From a virus: a DNA stretch of 64,000 nt. The position numbers were made by a program, and so were the translations under genes. Below the pieces are notes generated by a model. That model saw only the letters and a program-made list of their open reading frames with translations, did no database searches and was not told the DNA's origin. Positions within the stretch are counted from its first letter, which is position 1. Each line of letters starts with the position of its first letter. Where the stretch lies: IMG/VR virus record IMGVR_UViG_3300030390_002408. One strand, written 5' to 3'. Shown here in pieces: positions 59,006-64,000 of this stretch.

Positions 59006-60073
59006 TTAATTACTTAGAGGTGCTTTAATTGTTGAGTGTGATTGATAATCTTTTATGTAAAAATCATCAGGTGTAATATAATTTATTTGTTCTATTGTTC
59101 CTTGATCAGGATTCCAAAATTCATTGTTTATTATAAGTTTTGAAAGTGGTAATGGTTCTCTAGTAAGTTGCTCTCTTGCTTGATCAATGTGATTTTTATA
59201 TAAATGAACATCTCCTAAATTACCTACTAACTCACCTGGAATCATATTAACTTCATTTGCTATAATTTCAAGTAGTAAACCATAAGATGCTATGTTGAAT
59301 GGTAAACCTAAGAAAGTATCTACCGAACGTTGATTCCACATTAAACTGATTTCTCTTTTAGGAATGTTAAAAGCATCTAATAATTCATCTGGATTATTTC
59401 TTTTATGTGTTCCTGGATATTGTTCTTGAAAGAAACTAAATCTACCTTCTGGTTTATACATATTAAATCTCTCCTCTAAACTCAATTCTCTTGTCCAAAC
59501 TTGAAATCCATAATGACAAGGTGGTAATGTCATTTGTTCAATTTCTCCAACATTCCAAGCATTAACCATTAATCTTCTTGAATCTGGGTTTGTTTTGAGT
59601 TGTTCTATTAGGTTTGAGATTTGGTCTATATTACAATCACCACCTCCACAGTAATATTCCCAATCTCTCCACTGTTGACCATAAATAGGACCTAATTCAC
59701 CCCACTTATTAGCAAACTCATCATCAGTTTTAACCCTATTAATAAATTCTTCTATAGTATCAGGCCAAACCCCTTTATATTCATTTGTCTGATTAATGTA
59801 GTTCTTAAAAGCATCACCATTCCAAATGTTACAACCATTGTCAACAAGATACTTAATATTAGTATCTCCTCTTAAAAACCATAATAACTCAGTAACAATA
59901 CCTTTCCAATACATTTTTTTAGTAGTTAGCAATGGAAATCCTTGTTTCATATCGTGTCTAACTTGTCTACCAAATACAGAAATCGTGCCTGTGCCTGTTC
60001 TATCATTTTTTCCAACACCATTAAATAAAACATCCTCTAAGAGGTTCAAATAACTTTTATCTATGTTACTCAT
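59006..60073 (-). CDS. thyA: Thymidylate synthase
   Basis: DRTGTGT; ELLWFLRG; LGPIYG; LPPCH; QRSVD; GLPFNIASY; HLYKNH. Confidence 0.97.
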   Translation of the reverse strand: MSNIDKSYLNLLEDVLFNGVGKNDRTGTGTISVFGRQVRHDMKQGFPLLTTKKMYWKGIVTELLWFLRGDTNIKYLVDNGCNIWNGDAFKNYINQTNEYKGVWPDTIEEFINRVKTDDEFANKWGELGPIYGQQWRDWEYYCGGGDCNIDQISNLIEQLKTNPDSRRLMVNAWNVGEIEQMTLPPCHYGFQVWTRELSLEERFNMYKPEGRFSFFQEQYPGTHKRNNPDELLDAFNIPKREISLMWNQRSVDTFLGLPFNIASYGLLLEIIANEVNMIPGELVGNLGDVHLYKNHIDQAREQLTREPLPLSKLIINNEFWNPDQGTIEQINYITPDDFYIKDYQSHSTIKAPLSN

Positions 60074-60166
60074 CTAAAAACTTATCTTTATTTTTATTTA
60101 TATTTAAATAAATTATTACTAATACTATTAAGACCATAGCAATTTTTACTCCTGCTACTCCTAAAG

Positions 60167-60322
60167 TCATTCTTCTAGTTTTCTAGACTTTAAATACTCT
60201 TGATAGATTTTCTCTTGATGCTCTTTAGACATAAAAACAAAATCATCATATACAATATCATCATTTACATACTCTGCAAACTTTATAGCATGTTCTCGTA
60301 TTTCCTTATCTTCTACTTTCAT
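60167..60322 (-). CDS. Microgene MKVEDKEIREH... (51 aa)
   Basis: Manual translation; ATGA overlap with uvsE stop. Confidence 0.55.
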   Translation of the reverse strand: MKVEDKEIREHAIKFAEYVNDDIVYDDFVFMSKEHQEKIYQEYLKSRKLEE

Positions 60323-61215
60323 TTTGAATAATTTACAATTGCCAATTCTTTGTGTTTAGCTTCAACTACAATATCTGGTTCTAATCCATAAGTATTGATT
60401 CTATCATAAATCAAATCAGAGTGAGCAGTTGGTTTGATCTTTTCATCTAAATGCTCCTTCCTTCTACTTTCAGAGTAATGACAACATTGTGTAATTCCCT
60501 CAGGCCATGTTTTTGAAGCTAATTTCAATGCTTCTTCTTCACTAAGACCACCAGTATTGAATTTGTGATGAAAATAATCAAAAGTAATAGGTATTCCAAC
60601 TGATTTGTAAACACCCTCATAGAGATCTTTTACACTAAACTCATTAGCAGAATCATCATTTTCAATGACTAGTCTCTTTTTGGTATTTTCATCTAGCAAT
60701 TCAAAGTTTTTGCAAAATCTTTCTAATGTTCCCTCCTTATCACCATAAAAACCACCTACGTGGATATTCACTTTATTGTAATTGCTAGGTTTGAACCCCA
60801 TCAAATCAAACTGCTCACTATGCTTATTCAAACCCTTGATGGTTCTTTGAACAACCTTCTCTGTTGGTGAAGCTAAGCAATGATAAGGACCTGGGTGCAT
60901 TGTTAGACGTTGTTTCTTTTGAGTAGCAATTTCTCCTACCTCCAACATCAATTCTTTGATTTCAGAATAATCTTTCAATTCAGTAAAATCATACTCTTCC
61001 ATCCAAGGGAATATTTGAGATGATAATCTAAATAATTTGATTCCAAATTCATTGTTCCATTTAACTATTGTTTTCAAATCTTTGACATTCTGAAGAGATA
61101 AATCTGAAACATAACTCAATCCTTTTAAGTCGAATGTTTTCCTCCTCATTGTACGATTAGTCATTATTCTACTCTTACTAAGATTCATGTTGATACAAGC
61201 GTAACCTAATTCCAT
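60319..61215 (-). CDS. uvsE: UV damage endonuclease (UvsE/UvdE)
   Basis: LGYACIN; LFRLSS; RLTMHPG; LVIENDD; FDYFHH; HYSES; AHSD; VEAKHKE. Confidence 0.95.
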   Translation of the reverse strand: MELGYACINMNLSKSRIMTNRTMRRKTFDLKGLSYVSDLSLQNVKDLKTIVKWNNEFGIKLFRLSSQIFPWMEEYDFTELKDYSEIKELMLEVGEIATQKKQRLTMHPGPYHCLASPTEKVVQRTIKGLNKHSEQFDLMGFKPSNYNKVNIHVGGFYGDKEGTLERFCKNFELLDENTKKRLVIENDDSANEFSVKDLYEGVYKSVGIPITFDYFHHKFNTGGLSEEEALKLASKTWPEGITQCCHYSESRRKEHLDEKIKPTAHSDLIYDRINTYGLEPDIVVEAKHKELAIVNYSK

Positions 61216-61230
61216 ATAACTTTTATTTTT

Positions 61231-61392
61231 TTATTTTCTAAAACTTTCCATCCACGAAGATAACACCTTCCTTGCTTCACTCCTACTTAAATCAAATGCT
61301 GATTCTAAATAAGGTCCGGCACCAAACATATTAGTAACTCCTGAATCTCTTAATAATTCTAAATAAGCGAAATACTCTTTTTCCATGTCCAT
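61231..61392 (-). CDS. Small conserved-type phage protein (LRDSGVTNMFGAGPYL, 53 aa)
   Basis: Manual translation; early promoter core at 61418-61427. Confidence 0.65.
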   Translation of the reverse strand: MDMEKEYFAYLELLRDSGVTNMFGAGPYLESAFDLSRSEARKVLSSWMESFRK

Positions 61393-61451
61393 AACTTTTA
61401 ATTTTTTTTTTATTCTTAAATATACGAATCTTACTTCACTTCTCCAAAAAA

Positions 61452-61646
61452 TTACTCATCTATCAACCCCCAATTTTCGGCATCATTTAATGATATTTCT
61501 ACCTTTAAGTCATCATCAGCAAAACCTTCATTCATACAGTAATAATTGTAACCGTATTTGTCACAAAATTTTTCCCAAGCCCCTACATAGTTTGCGTTTG
61601 ATATATCTCTTAACCTTACTTTTATTTTAATCTCACTTTTTCTCAT
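61452..61646 (-). CDS. Hypothetical protein
   Basis: 64 aa. Confidence 0.6.
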   Translation of the reverse strand: MRKSEIKIKVRLRDISNANYVGAWEKFCDKYGYNYYCMNEGFADDDLKVEISLNDAENWGLIDE

Positions 61647-61652
61647 AACCTT

Positions 61653-61847
61653 TTAATTTAATTTCATTCTTGATTTTAATACGTAATTAAGTGCTCTTAC
61701 TTTTAAACTAGCTTTATCATATTTTTCATAATCACCTAATTCAATAAAAGCTTCCATTTCTCTTTCTGATAATTCACAAATTTCAATTAGATCCATTCCA
61801 TCTAATTCAACTGCTTCTGTAATTATATTTTTATATTTACTTTCCAT
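61653..61847 (-). CDS. Hypothetical protein
   Basis: 64 aa. Confidence 0.6.
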   Translation of the reverse strand: MESKYKNIITEAVELDGMDLIEICELSEREMEAFIELGDYEKYDKASLKVRALNYVLKSRMKLN

Positions 61848-61849
61848 CT

Positions 61850-61999
61850 CTAATTTAAATTATTTTTTATTTCAACTAATAAACATTTACCATTTTCACC
61901 AGTAACTAATTTAAAATTAGTTTCAACTTTTGACTCTTCCTTTACTGTTGGGAAATTTTGAATTAAATCTTCAACCCTTATTTTTTTTCTTGCTTTCAT
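61850..61999 (-). CDS. Microgene (true start MKARKK)
   Basis: AAAATAAAGGTTATG at 61999; the track's longer start overlaps the promoter at 62030-62068. Confidence 0.55.
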   Translation of the reverse strand: MKARKKIRVEDLIQNFPTVKEESKVETNFKLVTGENGKCLLVEIKNNLN

Positions 62000-62061
62000 A
62001 ACCTTTATTTTTAATCGCTCGAACCAATCGAACACCGTGAATATACGAAAGGGAATTGGGG

Positions 62062-62099
62062 GAGGCACGCTTTTCGTTAGAAAATGTGCCTCTTTTTTT
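62062..62099. terminator. Hairpin with plus-strand T-run overlapping an early promoter
   Basis: GAGGCAC..TTTTC-GTTA-GAAAA.GTGCCTC TTTTTTT. Confidence 0.55.
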
Positions 62100-62122
62100 A
62101 ATATAATTTCAATTAATTTGTA

Positions 62123-62572
62123 TCATGTATAGTAATTTTGTGATAATCCAAAATGTCTATTCGTCAATGATGTGTCTGGTTTATTTGAAATCTTTTTTAG
62201 ATTTGATAATACACTGTCGTAGTTTTCTTGGTTATTTGCATTGAAAATTTCCATATTTAAGTCCTCTCCCTTTATTGGCATATGATAAATAACATAGTGT
62301 TCATATTTTTTCTCCTTTCTATTTGGATATTTAACCTCATAATCAATAGAAATTTTATCTCCAACATCAAAGTAATCTTTAAATCCATTATGAAATGATT
62401 TAGTTACTTCATAGGTTCCCACTACTGAACGATTTACTATTTTTTTATCTTTATCTTTTTTCTTGAAAAGATTTAAAAATTTATCTTTAAGGCCTTCATC
62501 TATTTTAGTATATTTTTCTTCTTTTAATAGCTTACCTTCAGTTAGGAATTTTTTTAAATCAAATTTATCCAT
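62123..62572 (-). CDS. Late protein with MDKFDLKKFLTEGKLLKE leader
   Basis: Leader identical to that of 44351-45382. Confidence 0.7.
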   Translation of the reverse strand: MDKFDLKKFLTEGKLLKEEKYTKIDEGLKDKFLNLFKKKDKDKKIVNRSVVGTYEVTKSFHNGFKDYFDVGDKISIDYEVKYPNRKEKKYEHYVIYHMPIKGEDLNMEIFNANNQENYDSVLSNLKKISNKPDTSLTNRHFGLSQNYYT

Positions 62573-62582
62573 TATATTTTTT

Positions 62583-63047
62583 TTATCTATGTATTTTATT
62601 TTCTTCTCCTTGAATTAATTCACCTTTTGATGTAAAGATCATAGGACCATAAATATCATAAGATTTCTTTGAATTAAAAACAACCTTCATATTATCTACT
62701 ACTTTACGCATAGCTGATAAGGATTCCATAAAAAGGAAATATTCACCTGTTCTCCTTCTATCATCAAATAAATTAACACTCCCAAATCGATTTAAATCCA
62801 TTCCAGCTGTTATTTCTTCTATCATGTTAGATAATTCAAACCTTTTAGGTTTTTTTACTTTATCATCTTCACTTTGACCAAAATCATCACGATTTATCCA
62901 TACTCCATAATAATCAGTAGCATTATTAACATTAAATCCTTCTAACCATGGTGAATAAATAGATTTAGGTTTTCTTACTTCATTCACTGATGTTATTTTT
63001 AATAATTTATTTTCAGCTAAGTATTTCTTTAAATCAAATTTATCCAT
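62583..63047 (-). CDS. Late protein with MDKFDLKKYLAENKLLK leader
   Basis: Paralogous leader; late motif 63061-63069. Confidence 0.7.
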   Translation of the reverse strand: MDKFDLKKYLAENKLLKITSVNEVRKPKSIYSPWLEGFNVNNATDYYGVWINRDDFGQSEDDKVKKPKRFELSNMIEEITAGMDLNRFGSVNLFDDRRRTGEYFLFMESLSAMRKVVDNMKVVFNSKKSYDIYGPMIFTSKGELIQGEENKIHR

Positions 63048-63076
63048 TGTTATGTTTTCGTTATAAATATATAAAA

Positions 63077-63271
63077 TTACGTGTTATTTTCATCTTTAAA
63101 CCTTAATTGTTTCTTCTTGGGTCTTCGCCGTCTTTTATCAGGATTGTCCATTTGAACTCCACATTTAATACAACGATATAGTGTTGTATCTCGATCCATT
63201 TCAAACTCTCGGCTACCACATTGATAACACTCTTCATCATCGTTATCAACAAAATTATTATACTTCATCAC
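63077..63271 (-). CDS. Zn-ribbon protein
   Basis: CYQCG...CIKCG; basic tail. Confidence 0.65.
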   Translation of the reverse strand: MMKYNNFVDNDDEECYQCGSREFEMDRDTTLYRCIKCGVQMDNPDKRRRRPKKKQLRFKDENNT

Positions 63272-63503
63272 TTATTAAATTTTCTTCTTCATTAACTTCT
63301 TCAATTGAAACATCACTAACTTCATTACAAAATAAAAACACTTCCCCCATCATCAAAACATGATCACAAACCAAGTAGTCTCTATACTCTTTAACCCACT
63401 TCATTTCAACATCACCATCACCTTTAAAGTACGATGATGGAACTTCTTTCCTCACCCAATAAAGTTTATCATTGTGCTCGAAAAACTTCCTTTTCATTTC
63501 CAT
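63258..63503 (-). CDS. Hypothetical protein
   Basis: 81 aa. Confidence 0.6.
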   Translation of the reverse strand: MEMKRKFFEHNDKLYWVRKEVPSSYFKGDGDVEMKWVKEYRDYLVCDHVLMMGEVFLFCNEVSDVSIEEVNEEENLISDEV

Positions 63504-63784
63504 TTTCCTCTTCTTTTATTTAAACCACTTTTAACTCTATCCTCAATTTCATCTGAAGTGTAATACCACCCCATTTTCATTTGACATAATCCCTCCAGTA
63601 TCTTCCATAAGTTAACACCTTTAGGATAAAACACATCATCAACCTCTTCATCACCCTTAAGTGTTGTAGGTTGAACTTCCAAATTAGAAATAAACTCATA
63701 CCATATCCATTTAAAAGGAAGGGTAACGTAGTGTCTTCTCCTCCATATTTTTCCTACTTCATTTAAATCTTGAAATCTCTTCAT
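63494..63784 (-). CDS. Hypothetical protein
   Basis: 96 aa. Confidence 0.6.
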   Translation of the reverse strand: MKRFQDLNEVGKIWRRRHYVTLPFKWIWYEFISNLEVQPTTLKGDEEVDDVFYPKGVNLWKILEGLCQMKMGWYYTSDEIEDRVKSGLNKRRGKWK

Positions 63785-63990
63785 TGTTTCGTTACTTTTC
63801 TAGTTTGATCATCATAAATAAGTATTACCATTCCTTTATAATCATCACCAACTTCTTGACCAAGGAAATTTACTTTTTTTATAAGCATTTTTTTTAGCTT
63901 AGGCCTCACTACTACTATAATATCCGAAAAAGTTGTAGTTCGATCGAAGTCAACTTGCTTTAATCTATAATATTGAGTTTCGGTAGTCAA
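63781..63990 (-). CDS. Hypothetical protein (start uncertain near window edge)
   Basis: 69-aa ORF, ATGA overlap. Confidence 0.5.
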   Translation of the reverse strand: MTTETQYYRLKQVDFDRTTTFSDIIVVVRPKLKKMLIKKVNFLGQEVGDDYKGMVILIYDDQTRKVTKQ

Positions 63991-64000
63991 ATGATTTACA

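Noticed and set aside
3768-63363. Many short plus-strand ORFs in the track (e.g. 3768, 4600, 13965, 33025, 53348, 59826)
   Set aside because: Antisense shadows of longer minus-strand genes with no start context; only 42979-44336 looks genuine on the plus strand.
1-64000. Genome-wide TAG stop-codon reassignment
   Set aside because: The standard code gives intact long ORFs and dense coding; only two suggestive in-frame TAGs (9695, 54028).

Overview
AT-rich, gene-dense 64-kb segment of a large lytic myovirus-like phage with T4-type genes. Nearly all genes are on the minus strand; one small plus-strand operon lies at 42979-44336. The host is probably a Bacteroidota/Flavobacteriia: promoters resemble TTTG...TAnnTTT, starts are A-rich without a Shine-Dalgarno, and there are Hc1-like and Fib_succ-like domains. 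Layout: 1-10.5 kb putative head-associated proteins; 10.5-12.7 kb nuclease, primase and GIY-YIG; 12.7-28.4 kb baseplate/tail module (gp6-, gp25-, gp5-like); 28.4-31.3 kb gp55-like sigma factor and HD protein; 31.3-40.1 kb receptor-binding fibres/spikes; 40-64 kb early/accessory region (DUF932, metallophosphoesterase, RadA-like ATPase, MazG-like, thyA, uvsE, many microgenes). Most interesting signals: (1) mosaic late polyproteins whose enzyme modules are separated by [LIV]-x-E motifs, and late proteins sharing an N-terminal leader, suggesting protease-matured, head-packaged effectors; (2) two microgene arrays joined by one repeated stop/start junction (AAAACAAAGATGAGTAAAG); (3) a ~600-nt cluster of five stem-closed RNAs, three with tRNA-like T-arms, with boxA-like signals; (4) a circularly permuted Fib_succ-type domain inserted in a giant structural protein. 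All calls come from reading motifs by eye; no searches were run.
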